Assembly: GCA_965204375.1 (NCBI GenBank)
Contig: OZ241986.1
Location: forward strand, 5,408,001-5,472,000
DNA from: Candidatus Latescibacterota bacterium
GTDB taxonomy: Bacteria; Latescibacterota; UBA2968
Reading direction: 5' to 3'
Length of the DNA stretch: 64,000 nucleotides
Part shown: positions 41,937 through 52,368 of the stretch, in pieces
Position numbering within the stretch: the stretch's first letter is position 1
Layout of the letters: every line of letters begins with the position of its first letter
Notes under the pieces: model-generated
What the model was told of the DNA's origin: nothing
The model's input: the letters and a program-made list of their open reading frames with translations, nothing else
Databases searched by the model: none
Position numbers and translations under genes: made by a program

Positions 41937-44798
41937 TTAGAATCGAACGTGCAAGCTGCTTGTAATCAGGCGTCCGATCCAGGGCGAACCGACAAATGAT
42001 CGATATCCCTGGTTTAGCAAATTGCTGGCATTTAGATTTAAGGAGGTCGTGAAGCGGTCATTTGAAAGTGGCAATTGATAGGTGAGATTCAAATCCAGAA
42101 CAGTATGAGAATCTACCTTGCCGACATATATACCCGATTGCATGGGGAAACCACCGCGATAGCGCAATTTCCCACTAATAGTAAGTGGTGTATTGGGCAG
42201 TTGACAATCGATACCGATGTTAAATTTGTGCCGGGGGGCATTGAGGGCTATGTCGCCGATGTTGTCTAAATTGGAGAACAAGTCCTTGCTGACGTAGGAG
42301 TAATTGCCGGTAAAAGCCCATATTTCGTTTGGATAATACGCAAACGATAGGTCAGCACCGTAGAGCGTTATATTGCCAAAATTGCGAGGTGCGACTATCA
42401 CTGCATTGGGGTCTGCTGCCTGTTCGGGCACTATGGTGCCAAAGGGGATCAGCGCGGCGTTGGCTACGAATAAATCCGTCAATTCATCCACGCCTGTGCC
42501 ATTGCCATTGCCAACCAGGCCGAATTCCGGTTCGTTGAGTTGATCTAAGAGACCGATGGCAATTGCGAGACTTATATTGGCCGGGTCTTTCAGGCTTTCG
42601 GTAATCGCGTCTGTTAGAGCCTCGTTCAAGGGACCGGGGGCGAGAAATACGTTGGGCGTTTCAATCCGCAACGGGCTGACGAAATTTTTGATTCTGGTTT
42701 GATAGACATCGGCTGCCAGGATCAGTTTGTTTTTGATGACGCCTTTGTATCCCAATTCAAAGGTTTCTGTTATGGTGGGTCCGAGTTTTTCTATGTCTGT
42801 CACTGCATTGGCGAGGTCGGGTATGGGATCGAAACCCTGCGTTTCTGCATTCAGTGTCGCAGCCGTATTTTGCAAGCCCGGTAGTTGTTCTGGGATAATT
42901 CCGGGAAAGATCTCGACGAGTTTTTCGACCAGTGCAATTGCTTGATCTGGCGGTAGCCCAAGCTCGACTGCGATAAGCTCTTTTGCGAGGGGTTCCAGTC
43001 CAGGTAGAAAGCCGTCCAGTATTACGCCTCTGGCAGCACCCCACATCAGATTGGTGGCCTGGGGATCGTGCAGAGAGAAGTAGTGGTCTTTTGACAATCC
43101 CGCTATGGGTGCGAAGGGCGTGCGAAACATGGGGAGCCCATTGTCGTCTCTGCGAAATGTGAACCCCGTGCCGGCATTACCCTGTGCGCGAAGGTCAATT
43201 GCTGGACTAAATCCCAATACCGGGCTAAAATTTGTCCTCAGCCTGAAGACATCGGGGACGCCGACTCGATCTACAAATAAGTCGGGGGTCAAGGGCGTGC
43301 TAAATGCGCGGTTATACGTCAATCGCAGGGTATTTTCCGGCGTGGGTTTGATGACCAGTGCTGCGCGGGGTGAGAAAAACAGATCTTCGATATGGCTGTG
43401 TTTGTCGATGCGCCCGGCCAATATCAGATCGATTTGATCGCTCAGGTTGGTTTCGCTTTGCAGGTAGATCCCGTATTCATCGATGTCGTCATTGTCTTCA
43501 TGCATGCCGTGTACTGTGCCCTGTGTTTTGGGCCGGGTCAGCAATACGTCAGCGCCATAAGCAAAGTGTTGTTTCTGTCCCAAACTGGCATTGTGTTGCA
43601 ATTGCAAGACCATCAAATGCGAATTATCTACAATTGGGTCTCCGGCTGTGATTAGTTCCGTATCACCTGCATCACTGGTGTTGTAGAAGACCTGTGCGAA
43701 CCATCCGCGATAGAGCAGGCGGCCTTGATAAAAACGATAGGTCCAGTCTTTGGCCTGGCCCGCGCCCAAATCCGTCTGTTGAAGGCCGCTCATTTTTGAA
43801 TAGCCCACCGATCCTATCAGTGTCAGGTCGTCTGTTGGTCGAAAATCGAGTCTGAACTCCCCATTTGTCCTTTCTGTGCTATAATCGCGTGGATTAAAAC
43901 CGCGTGATTCCACTTCCAGAGAATCGACATATTCCCAGTCATGGGTTGCAACATATCCACCCGAAATTTTGATCCCGATCTTGTTATTGAGGCTGCTGGC
44001 GTGTCGCAGTGATAATTTTCGCACACTGCGCTGGCCCCCAGATATGGAAATTGTATTGCCTTCGGATCCAAATGGTGAGCGGGTGATAATGTGCATCACG
44101 CCATTGGCGCTGTTGGGACCGTAAAGCGCGGATCCGGGTCCCAGAACGATTTCGATGCGCTCAATGTCGTCACTGGTAAGGGGGATCAAATCATAAGCAT
44201 TGAGGCGCAGGGAAGGGATGCGGGCAATGCGGTTGTCAACGAGTGTGAGCAATGCGCCAGAAAATACCTTGTTGAATCCGCGAACGACCATGCTGCCTTG
44301 CGATATGCCTGTTTGAGCATAGTCAACGCCGGGCAGGGTCTTGACATATTCACTCATGGTCAAGACTTCTCGGTTTCTGATTTCAGAGGCATCGACTATT
44401 GAAATTGAAGCGGGTGCGTCCAGAGCTTTTTCTTGTTTGCGGGATGCCGAGACGACGACTTGCTGACCAATGAGGGCTACAGCGGTCAACTTGAAATTTC
44501 GCGTCATACTTTCACCGGGGCGGATTTCTACGCCGGTTGCGACGATGGTTTCATATCCGATATAACTGATGGTGATTTCGTAAGTGCCCGGCGGCAAGTT
44601 GTCGATGCGATAGCTACCTCGTTCGTTGGTGATTGTACCCCGGGTACCTTTAATGGCCGGTCCTTTGACTACGATATTGGCCGCGAATAATGCTTCTCCG
44701 TCCTCGGTTTCCACTTTGCCCGTCAAGCTGCTGAAATCCTGAGCTACGACCGAGTAAGCATTCCACAGTACGAAAGCAAGGATATACAGTATGCGCAT
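41937..44798 (-). CDS. TonB-dependent receptor with carboxypeptidase-regulatory-like N-domain
   Basis: Signal peptide, VVVSASRK..., plug IERIEIV.GPGSALYG.N, C-terminal ..VRF. Confidence 0.92.
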   Translation of the reverse strand: MRILYILAFVLWNAYSVVAQDFSSLTGKVETEDGEALFAANIVVKGPAIKGTRGTITNERGSYRIDNLPPGTYEITISYIGYETIVATGVEIRPGESMTRNFKLTAVALIGQQVVVSASRKQEKALDAPASISIVDASEIRNREVLTMSEYVKTLPGVDYAQTGISQGSMVVRGFNKVFSGALLTLVDNRIARIPSLRLNAYDLIPLTSDDIERIEIVLGPGSALYGPNSANGVMHIITRSPFGSEGNTISISGGQRSVRKLSLRHASSLNNKIGIKISGGYVATHDWEYVDSLEVESRGFNPRDYSTERTNGEFRLDFRPTDDLTLIGSVGYSKMSGLQQTDLGAGQAKDWTYRFYQGRLLYRGWFAQVFYNTSDAGDTELITAGDPIVDNSHLMVLQLQHNASLGQKQHFAYGADVLLTRPKTQGTVHGMHEDNDDIDEYGIYLQSETNLSDQIDLILAGRIDKHSHIEDLFFSPRAALVIKPTPENTLRLTYNRAFSTPLTPDLFVDRVGVPDVFRLRTNFSPVLGFSPAIDLRAQGNAGTGFTFRRDDNGLPMFRTPFAPIAGLSKDHYFSLHDPQATNLMWGAARGVILDGFLPGLEPLAKELIAVELGLPPDQAIALVEKLVEIFPGIIPEQLPGLQNTAATLNAETQGFDPIPDLANAVTDIEKLGPTITETFELGYKGVIKNKLILAADVYQTRIKNFVSPLRIETPNVFLAPGPLNEALTDAITESLKDPANISLAIAIGLLDQLNEPEFGLVGNGNGTGVDELTDLFVANAALIPFGTIVPEQAADPNAVIVAPRNFGNITLYGADLSFAYYPNEIWAFTGNYSYVSKDLFSNLDNIGDIALNAPRHKFNIGIDCQLPNTPLTISGKLRYRGGFPMQSGIYVGKVDSHTVLDLNLTYQLPLSNDRFTTSLNLNASNLLNQGYRSFVGSPWIGRLITSSLHVRF

Positions 44799-44852
44799 TA
44801 CACTCTCCTTACCGCAATGGTCCGGATTTTTTTAGATGGGAGAGAGATAGCT

Positions 44853-47711
44853 TTAGAACCGAATATTCAGGCCAGTTAAGATTAGGCGTCCAATAAATGG
44901 CGCACCGATAAATGATCGATATTCCTGGTTTAACACGTTGCTGACTTCCACATTCCAGGTGATTTTGAAGCGATCATTTGAGAGTGGTAACTGATATGCG
45001 GTATTCAGGTCCAAAACAGTATAAGCATCTACATCGCCGATATATACACCCGATCGCATGGGAAAACCACCGCGATAACTCAATTTCCCGCGGATGGTGA
45101 GCGGTGTATTGGGCAGTTGACAATCGATACCGATGTTAAATTTGTGTTTGGGTGCATTGAGGGCTATGTCGCCGATGTTGTCTAAATTGGGGAAAAAGTC
45201 ATCGCTGACATAGGAGTAATTGCCGGTAAAAGTCCACATTTCGTTTGGGTAATACGCAAAAGATAGGTCGGCACCGTAAAGCGTTATGCGACCAAAATTG
45301 CGATATGCGACCATGACCGCAGTGGGGTCTGATGCCTGTTCGGCAGACATGGTGCCAAAGGGGATCCCCGCGGCGTTGGATACAAATAACTGCGTCAATT
45401 CATCTATGCCCGTTCCATTGCCATTGCCAACCAGGCCCAAATCCGGCAGGTTGAGTTGATCTAAAAGTCCGATGGCAATTGCGAGGCTTGCATTGGCGGG
45501 GTCTTTCAAGTTCTCGGTAATTCCGTTTGACAGAGCCTCGTTCAAGGGACCGGCTGCGAGAAATACACTGGGTGTTACAATCCGCAACGGGCTGGTGAAA
45601 TTTCTTTTTCTGCTCAGGTAGGCATCGGCTGCCAGAATGAGTTTGTTATTGATGACGCTTTTGTATCCCACTTCAAAGGTTTCTGAGATGGTCGATTCGA
45701 TTTTGTTTATGTCTGCCACTGCATTGGCGAGGTCGGGCTCGGGATCAAAACTCGCCGTTGCTGTATTCAGTGTGCCGGCCGTATTTTGCAAGCCCTGCAG
45801 TTGTTCTGGAATAATCCCGGGAAAGTCTCCGACCAGTTGTGCGGCTACCGCAGCCGCTTGATCTTGTGGTAGCCCAAGCCGCTCGACGAAAAGTCCTGTT
45901 GCGAGAGGTTCCAGTTCCGCCAAAAGGATACTCATTATTATTTCTCTGGCAGCGCCCCACATCAAATTGGTACCCTGGGGACTGTGCAGAGAGAAGTAGT
46001 GATCTTTTGACAAGCCCGCTATGGGCGCAAAGGGCGTTCGATACATGGGTAGGCCATTGTCGTCTCTGCGAAATGTGAATCCGGTACCGGCGGTGCCCTG
46101 TGCGCGAACGTCAATTGCTGGATTAAATCCCAATGACGATTGCAATGCCCCGAACCCAAAGGGATCGGGGAGGCCGATCCGGTCCAAAAATAAGTTGGTG
46201 GTCGAAGGCGTGCTAAATGCGCGGTTATACGTCAATCGCAGGGTGTTGAGCGGTCTGGGTTTAATGACCAGCGCTGCGCGGGGTGAGAAAAACGGATCTT
46301 CAATATGACTGTGTTTGTCGATGCGCCCAGCCAATACCAGCTCGATTTGATCGCTCAGGCTGGTTTCACTTTGCAAATAGATCCCGTATTCATCGATGTT
46401 ATCAATGTCTTCATGTATGCCGTTTATTGTGCCCCCTGTTTTGGGTCGGGTTCGCAGCACGTCAGCACCATAAGCAAAGTGTTGTTTCTGTCCCAGGCTG
46501 GCATTGTGTTGCAATTGAAAGACCATCAAATGTGAATTATCTACAATTGGATCGTTGGGTGCGATCATTCTCGTTTGACCTGCATCACTGGTGTTGTAGA
46601 AGACTTGTGCAAACCACCCGCGATACAGCAGACGTCCTTGATAAAAATTATAGGTCCAGTCTTTCGCCTGACCCGCGCCCAAACCCGTCAATTCAATGCT
46701 GCTCGTTTTTGTATAGCCCGTTGATCCTATGATTGTCAGTTCATCTGTTGGTCGAAAATCGAGTCTGAGTTCTCCCAATGTCTTTTTTGAGTTGTAATCG
46801 CGTGGATTAAAACCGCGAGCTTCCACTTCCAGGGGGTCGATATACTCCCAGTCATGGGCTGAACTATGCACACCTGAGACTTTGATCCCGATCTTGTCGT
46901 TGAGGCTGCTGGCGTGCCGCAGTGATATTTTTCGCACACTGCGCTCTCCGCCAGATATAGAGATTGTATTGCCTTCCGATCCAAATGGCGAGCGGGTGAT
47001 AATGTGCATGACGCCACTGGAGGTGTTGGGCCCGTAAAGCGCGGATCCGGGTCCCAAAACCACTTCAATGCGCTCAATGTCGTCACCGGCAACGGGGATC
47101 ATGTCAAAGGCATTGAAACGCAGGGATGGGACGCGGGCTATGCGGTTGTCAACGAGTGTGAGCAATGCGCCAGAAAATACATTGTTGAATCCGCGAACCA
47201 CCACGTTGCTTTGTGAGATACCGGTTTTGGAGAAATCTACTCCGGGCAGGGTTTTGATATGCTCAGTCGGCGACAAAACTCCCCGATCTCTGATTTCGGC
47301 TGCTTCGATCGTTGCGATCGAAGCGGGTGCGTCCAGAGCTTTTTCTTGTTTGCGCGATGCCGAGACGACGACTTGTTGACCGATGAGGGCTACGGCGGTC
47401 AACTCGAAATTTCGCGTTGTACTTTCGCCAGCGCGGATTTCTACGCCGGATACAACTGTGGTTTCATAGCCGATATAACTGATGGTGATTTCGTAAATTC
47501 CCGGCGGCAAGCGGTCGATGCGATAGATCCCCTGTTCATCGGTGATTACGCCCCGTATGCCCTCAATGGCCGGTCCTTTGACTACGACATTAGCCGCGAA
47601 TAATGCTTCTCCCGTCTCATCTTCCACTTTGCCCGTCAAGCTGCCCATATCCTGAGCTATGACCGAGTAGGTACTCCACATTATGAGACAGATAACACAC
47701 AATGCACGCAT
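44853..47711 (-). CDS. TonB-dependent receptor (tandem paralog)
   Basis: Same architecture; long identical peptide blocks shared with 41937-44798. Confidence 0.92.
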   Translation of the reverse strand: MRALCVICLIMWSTYSVIAQDMGSLTGKVEDETGEALFAANVVVKGPAIEGIRGVITDEQGIYRIDRLPPGIYEITISYIGYETTVVSGVEIRAGESTTRNFELTAVALIGQQVVVSASRKQEKALDAPASIATIEAAEIRDRGVLSPTEHIKTLPGVDFSKTGISQSNVVVRGFNNVFSGALLTLVDNRIARVPSLRFNAFDMIPVAGDDIERIEVVLGPGSALYGPNTSSGVMHIITRSPFGSEGNTISISGGERSVRKISLRHASSLNDKIGIKVSGVHSSAHDWEYIDPLEVEARGFNPRDYNSKKTLGELRLDFRPTDELTIIGSTGYTKTSSIELTGLGAGQAKDWTYNFYQGRLLYRGWFAQVFYNTSDAGQTRMIAPNDPIVDNSHLMVFQLQHNASLGQKQHFAYGADVLRTRPKTGGTINGIHEDIDNIDEYGIYLQSETSLSDQIELVLAGRIDKHSHIEDPFFSPRAALVIKPRPLNTLRLTYNRAFSTPSTTNLFLDRIGLPDPFGFGALQSSLGFNPAIDVRAQGTAGTGFTFRRDDNGLPMYRTPFAPIAGLSKDHYFSLHSPQGTNLMWGAAREIIMSILLAELEPLATGLFVERLGLPQDQAAAVAAQLVGDFPGIIPEQLQGLQNTAGTLNTATASFDPEPDLANAVADINKIESTISETFEVGYKSVINNKLILAADAYLSRKRNFTSPLRIVTPSVFLAAGPLNEALSNGITENLKDPANASLAIAIGLLDQLNLPDLGLVGNGNGTGIDELTQLFVSNAAGIPFGTMSAEQASDPTAVMVAYRNFGRITLYGADLSFAYYPNEMWTFTGNYSYVSDDFFPNLDNIGDIALNAPKHKFNIGIDCQLPNTPLTIRGKLSYRGGFPMRSGVYIGDVDAYTVLDLNTAYQLPLSNDRFKITWNVEVSNVLNQEYRSFIGAPFIGRLILTGLNIRF

Positions 47712-47808
47712 AAAATCCTCCTTTAATATTTCTTATAGTTATTTTGAAATAATAGAGAAAAAAAATACAAATGTCACGAACAAAAGCAGGAGTCAGGCAT
47801 GAGACCTC

Positions 47809-49140
47809 TTACGCCATAAAGATATATTTGAGAATAAATATGATGGCCAGTACATCGATAAAAAAATGTACCTCGGAGTCTTTTTTGCTCAGTCGCTTGA
47901 TTATGGGATAGGCGACAAATCCGAGCGCCAGCCCATCGGCAATGCTGAATGTCAGGGGTATTGCAATCAGCGTTAAAAAAGCGGGTACGGCATCCGACAT
48001 ATCATCCCAGGCAATGCGCGCAGCCGGGGCCATCATCATGACGCCTACGACTATGAGCGCGGGTGCTGTGGCAAAGGACGGTATGGCCTGGACCAGAGGT
48101 GTGAGAAATAGGGCACAGACGAATAGTCCGCCGGTCACCAGGCTGGCAAAGCCCGTGCGTGCGCCCGATGATATGCCCGCGGCACTTTCGATATAGGTCG
48201 TCACGGTTGAGGAGCCCAATACGCTGCCGCATACGGTTCCAATAGAGTCTGATAGCAGTGCTTTGTTGGCGCGCGGCAATTGTCCTCGTTTATCCAGGAA
48301 TCCCACGCGTTCAGATAATCCCACCAGTGTGCCCATGGTGTCAAATAGATCGACAAAGAGAAAAGCAAAGACGAGTTCAATGACTGCCGTGTGAAATGCG
48401 AGAGGCAGATGGTAAATGGCTTCTCCAAAGAGATGGGTGGGCCAAACGGGCAGGCTTACGACGCCTGTTGGCCAGGGTGTAAGCCCGAGGATCATGGATA
48501 ATAAGGTGACGCCGATCACGCCGAGTAAAATCGCCCCGCGGATGCCGCGCGTTAGCATGATGGCCGTGCCCAAAAGCCCCACCAGTGCCAGCCCAACAGG
48601 TCCTGTGCGTACATCGCCCAGGCTGACCAATGTGGCCTGATTATCGACAATTAAACCCGCGTTTTTCAATCCGATAAACGCAATAAATAGTCCAATACCC
48701 GCGGCGGCGGCGAGTTTGAGGGGTTGGGGCACTGCTGTGATAATCGCCTCGCGCACTCGCAATACAGTTAATAATAAAAACAAGAGTCCGGAGGCGAGGA
48801 CCACGCCCAGAGCCAATTTCCAATGTACGCCCATGCCCAGTACAATTGTGTAGGTAAAAAACGCGTTGAGGCCCATGCCGGGCGCAAGGGCAAAGGGATA
48901 ATTTGCCAGGAGGCCCATTAGTATTGTTGCTATTGCTGCAGAAGCACACGTTGCAAATAACAGTTCGGGAAATAAATCCACGCCCAATGCGTCGGATAAG
49001 ATGCCCGGATTTACGGCTACGATATAAGCCATTGTCACAAATGTCGTCACCCCACCTGTTGTTTCTGTGCGCCAATCTGTGTTTTGGGCGTTAAAATTAA
49101 AGAACTCAGCGATTGTTCCTGTAATTTTTTCTGTTCCCAT
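47809..49140 (-). CDS. NCS2/AzgA family purine permease
   Basis: TTFVTMAYI.VNP, ALAPGMGLNAFF, DLFDT.GTL, TTYIESAAG..GARTG. Confidence 0.92.
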   Translation of the reverse strand: MGTEKITGTIAEFFNFNAQNTDWRTETTGGVTTFVTMAYIVAVNPGILSDALGVDLFPELLFATCASAAIATILMGLLANYPFALAPGMGLNAFFTYTIVLGMGVHWKLALGVVLASGLLFLLLTVLRVREAIITAVPQPLKLAAAAGIGLFIAFIGLKNAGLIVDNQATLVSLGDVRTGPVGLALVGLLGTAIMLTRGIRGAILLGVIGVTLLSMILGLTPWPTGVVSLPVWPTHLFGEAIYHLPLAFHTAVIELVFAFLFVDLFDTMGTLVGLSERVGFLDKRGQLPRANKALLSDSIGTVCGSVLGSSTVTTYIESAAGISSGARTGFASLVTGGLFVCALFLTPLVQAIPSFATAPALIVVGVMMMAPAARIAWDDMSDAVPAFLTLIAIPLTFSIADGLALGFVAYPIIKRLSKKDSEVHFFIDVLAIIFILKYIFMA

Positions 49141-49175
49141 TTGTTTCTCCTTTTTTTGGTGAAACATTAAAGGCA

Positions 49176-49262
49176 GTGAGACGTAAAACGTGAGACGTGA
49201 AAATCAGCACCCGCCCTGGGGTGATGTTGGGTGGTCTTCACCCTTCACCCTTCACCCTTCAC
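49176..49262. repeat. heptamer tandem repeats (GTGAGAC)n and (TTCACCC)n
   Basis: gtgagacgtaaaacgtgagacgtga ... ttcacccttcacccttcacccttcac. Confidence 0.7.
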
Positions 49263-49367
49263 ATGATACTTGCGTCTGCAATCAAATGCAATTAGATTGG
49301 AACCTATAGCGCGTTCAGGTATTAGCAGTCCAGGGGATGTCTCTCCCACATATCAGGAGAACTTGCC

Positions 49368-50138
49368 ATGACTGAAGATATTGGCCCTTTGCTGAAGCAC
49401 TGGCCCTATGATCCCAAAAACAGCATTCGCAAAATTTTCTCGTCCAAAGGCGTTGAAAAAATTCAGGTACGCATAGATCAAGGTCCATTTCAAGGTATTC
49501 TACAAATGGAACTCGACGGGCGTCCCGATGGACGCAAACCACACAATAGTGCGTTTGCTCTGGATCATTTTACCGATAGGCTTCATCATTTTATTGAAGA
49601 ACACGGTACATCGGATGGTTTTTCACTAAAAAAGACGCACTGTAGTGAACTGTTTGATGAAAGTCGCTTGCTCTACGAGCGATATGTTTTTTTGCTCCAA
49701 ATACGAGACTATGACCGCGTTATTCGCGATACACAGCGCAATATGGAGCTGTTCCGTTTTGTCAATCAATACGCTGCCGCGGAGAAAGATCGTCTCAATC
49801 TCGAAAAATGGTGGCCTTATGTTTTGCGAATCCACGCGATTGCACGCGTGATGATTGCATCGCAAGAGAACAATTTTACGAAGGGCATCCAAATTATTCG
49901 AGATGTGCTCGACAAGATCGAGAATCTGGAAGAGGTCGATGCAGAAGAATTTGGTGTTGAAAAAAAACGCTCTGTTGAGTCTTTGAACGAATTGCTCAAC
50001 GAGCTCGAGCAACAGCGCCCTCTCACGAAATCTGAACGCCTGAAAAAAGAATTGCTCGAAGCGATTGACAACGAAGAGTTTGAACGCGCTGCCGAGCTTC
50101 GAGACCGCATTAATATGATGGGTGAGAAGGATGGGTGA
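49368..50138 (+). CDS. UvrB/UvrC-motif (UVR) domain protein
   Basis: LQMELDGRPDG, C-terminal L..AI..EEFERAAELRDRI. Confidence 0.8.
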   Translation: MTEDIGPLLKHWPYDPKNSIRKIFSSKGVEKIQVRIDQGPFQGILQMELDGRPDGRKPHNSAFALDHFTDRLHHFIEEHGTSDGFSLKKTHCSELFDESRLLYERYVFLLQIRDYDRVIRDTQRNMELFRFVNQYAAAEKDRLNLEKWWPYVLRIHAIARVMIASQENNFTKGIQIIRDVLDKIENLEEVDAEEFGVEKKRSVESLNELLNELEQQRPLTKSERLKKELLEAIDNEEFERAAELRDRINMMGEKDG

Positions 50139-50278
50139 GAAGTGTGAAGTGTGAAGTAATCCAGTGGAGCGAGATAGGGAAGGGCCTCTTACCTTTTTTA
50201 AGTGTAAAACGGAGTTTTCTTGACAGAATTGGACTAAGCCTGTATCTTCTCTTTCCCATTGAAAGAAAGCGCAAATTT

Positions 50279-50359
50279 ATGACACATCAGATCACCACAT
50301 CCCGCATTGCAATCACAACGGCTGTTGTAGGCCGTGTTGTAGTACTTGTACCTATGTGA
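50279..50359 (+). CDS. ilvB leader peptide (MTHQITTSRIAITTAVVGRVVVLVPM)
   Basis: 26 aa with 6 Val, 3 Ile, 1 Leu, 5 Thr; promoter TTGACA(50220)-17-TATCTT upstream; terminator downstream. Confidence 0.82.
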   Translation: MTHQITTSRIAITTAVVGRVVVLVPM

Positions 50360-50423
50360 TGATGGGATTGCATAAAAAACATCTTGTCCCGTCATCGCTA
50401 CAATGCAATGACGGTTTTTTTTT
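50356..50423 (+). promoter_or_regulatory. ilvB attenuator (antiterminator and terminator)
   Basis: Terminator CCGTCATCGC/GCAATGACGG + T9; GTGATGATGGGAT (50356-68) pairs alternatively with GTCCCGTCATCGC. Confidence 0.8.
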
Positions 50424-50446
50424 GTCTAACAAAGGAGATTGTTGCA

Positions 50447-52213
50447 ATGGCGAGCAAACCCCAGACTCCGGCATCTGGCTCCACCTCTGGCGAAATGAGG
50501 GGTGCCGATATTCTGGTTGAATGTCTCATCCGCGAGGGGGTCGAAGTGCTCTTTGGCTATCCCGGAGGGGCCAGTATGGAGATGCACCAGTCCCTCACGC
50601 GTTCCAATATCCAGGTTGTGTTGTGCCGGCACGAACAGGGCGAAATTTTTGCGGCTGAGGGATATGCCAAAGCTTCGGGCAAGGTTGGGGTGTGTATGGC
50701 AACTTCCGGACCGGGTGCTACCAATCTGGTCACGGGACTGGCCGATGCCAAGATGGACTCTGTGCCGCTTGTTGCTATCACGGGTCAGGTTCCCACTGCT
50801 GTTATTGGTCGTGATGCGTTTCAGGAAACTCCGATTATTGAGGTCACGCGGCAGATTACCAAGCACAATTATCTCGTAGATCGCATTGAAGATATTCCCC
50901 GCGTTGTCAAAGAGGCGTTTTATATTGCTTCTTCTGGACGGCCGGGTCCCGTGTTGATCGATATTCCCAAAAATGTGCAGCAAAGTGCTTGTGTGCCCGA
51001 TTTTCCAGAGACGATTTCTATTCGCAGTTATACCCCCAGCCATTTGCACGCCAGCCGCGCGCAAATGCAAGAGGTTGCGCAGGCGATTTTAGAATCCAAA
51101 CGCCCGCTTATTTATGCCGGCGGGGGTATTGTGACTGCCGAGGCGTCGGAAGAACTCCGCGAGTTTGCCCGAAAGACGCGTATTCCCGTGGCACAGACGC
51201 TGATGGGGCTGGGGGTTTTTCCACAAACTGATCCACAGTCTTTGCAAATGCTGGGTATGCACGGGTCGGTTTACGCCAATTACGCCATCAATCACGCCGA
51301 TTTGTTGCTGGCATTTGGCGTGCGTTTTGATGATCGGGTGACGGGCAAGCTCGAAGAGTTTTGCAAACACGGTCGCATTGTGCATATCGATATTGATCCT
51401 TCTGAGATTAATAAAAATAAGGTCGCCCATTTGCCGATTGTGAGCGATATTAAATATGCCCTGCAAGAGCTAAACAGTATTGTTGTGCCGGGCGATTATC
51501 AGACCTGGTGTGATGAGATTGAAACGTGGCGCGAAAAACATCCTTTTACATACAAAGATGTCGGAGATGTCATTTTGCCCCAGTATGCAATTGAGATGCT
51601 TTATAAGATGACGCAGGGTAAGGCCATTATTTCCACAGGGGTGGGGCAACACCAGATGTGGGCGGCGCAATTTTATCCTTTTGATGAGCCGCGCCGTTGG
51701 CTCACGTCGGGCGGTCTGGGGGCAATGGGTTTTGGTTTGCCCGCTGCGCTGGGGGCGCAATTGGCTTTTCCCGATGCGCTGGTTATTGATATTGATGGCG
51801 ATGGTAGTTTTGCGATGAATGTGCAGGAGTTGGCGACGCTTTATGCGGAGAAGATTCCCGTTAAGACGATGATTCTCAACAATCAGCATCTGGGTATGGT
51901 GGTGCAATGGGAGGATCGCTTTTACAAGAGCAACCGCGGGCATACGTTTATTGGGGATCCGGAAGCGGCGCAGGCGCATGAAGATATGAATATTCCGCCG
52001 AGTCACGCCATTTTCCCCGATTATGTGGCGATAGCAAAGGGTTTTCGCGTGCCTGCCGAACGGGCGGTACGCAAGGAGGATCTCGTGCCGGCTATTGATC
52101 GCATGATTTCTTCCAATGGTCCCTATTTGCTCGATGTGGTTGTTCCGTATCAAGAGCATGTGTTGCCTATGATTCCCTCGGGTATGACATTTGCCGATAT
52201 TATTACGGAGTGA
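50447..52213 (+). CDS. ilvB: acetolactate synthase catalytic (large) subunit
   Basis: [45 protein letters not shown]. Confidence 0.95.
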   Translation: MASKPQTPASGSTSGEMRGADILVECLIREGVEVLFGYPGGASMEMHQSLTRSNIQVVLCRHEQGEIFAAEGYAKASGKVGVCMATSGPGATNLVTGLADAKMDSVPLVAITGQVPTAVIGRDAFQETPIIEVTRQITKHNYLVDRIEDIPRVVKEAFYIASSGRPGPVLIDIPKNVQQSACVPDFPETISIRSYTPSHLHASRAQMQEVAQAILESKRPLIYAGGGIVTAEASEELREFARKTRIPVAQTLMGLGVFPQTDPQSLQMLGMHGSVYANYAINHADLLLAFGVRFDDRVTGKLEEFCKHGRIVHIDIDPSEINKNKVAHLPIVSDIKYALQELNSIVVPGDYQTWCDEIETWREKHPFTYKDVGDVILPQYAIEMLYKMTQGKAIISTGVGQHQMWAAQFYPFDEPRRWLTSGGLGAMGFGLPAALGAQLAFPDALVIDIDGDGSFAMNVQELATLYAEKIPVKTMILNNQHLGMVVQWEDRFYKSNRGHTFIGDPEAAQAHEDMNIPPSHAIFPDYVAIAKGFRVPAERAVRKEDLVPAIDRMISSNGPYLLDVVVPYQEHVLPMIPSGMTFADIITE

Positions 52214-52232
52214 ACATCTGTGCTGCCAGAAA

Positions 52233-52265
52233 TGGACATTGCTTTGAGCGATGTCCATTTTTTTG
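52233..52265 (+). terminator. intrinsic terminator after ilvB
   Basis: TGGACATTGCT/AGCGATGTCCA + T-run. Confidence 0.8.
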
Positions 52266-52273
52266 TTTTATAG

Positions 52274-52302
52274 GGAACGCGAGAATTGATCTGGTGGTCT
52301 AA
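52274..52302 (+). promoter_or_regulatory. putative ECF (RpoE-type) promoter
   Basis: GGAAC-N18-GTCTAA directly upstream of the ECF sigma gene. Confidence 0.55.
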
Positions 52303-52368
52303 TCCTGCGAAACGGATAGACGCACAGGCGGAGCCTATAACGGATGGCTACTATAGGAAAAAGATAAA

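Noticed and set aside
44799-47808. Cobalamin or TPP riboswitch before the TonB receptors
   Set aside because: Upstream gaps are short (54 and ~97 bp) and lack the motifs
49141-49300. Purine riboswitch expected upstream of the NCS2 permease
   Set aside because: No aptamer consensus on the minus strand; only heptamer repeats
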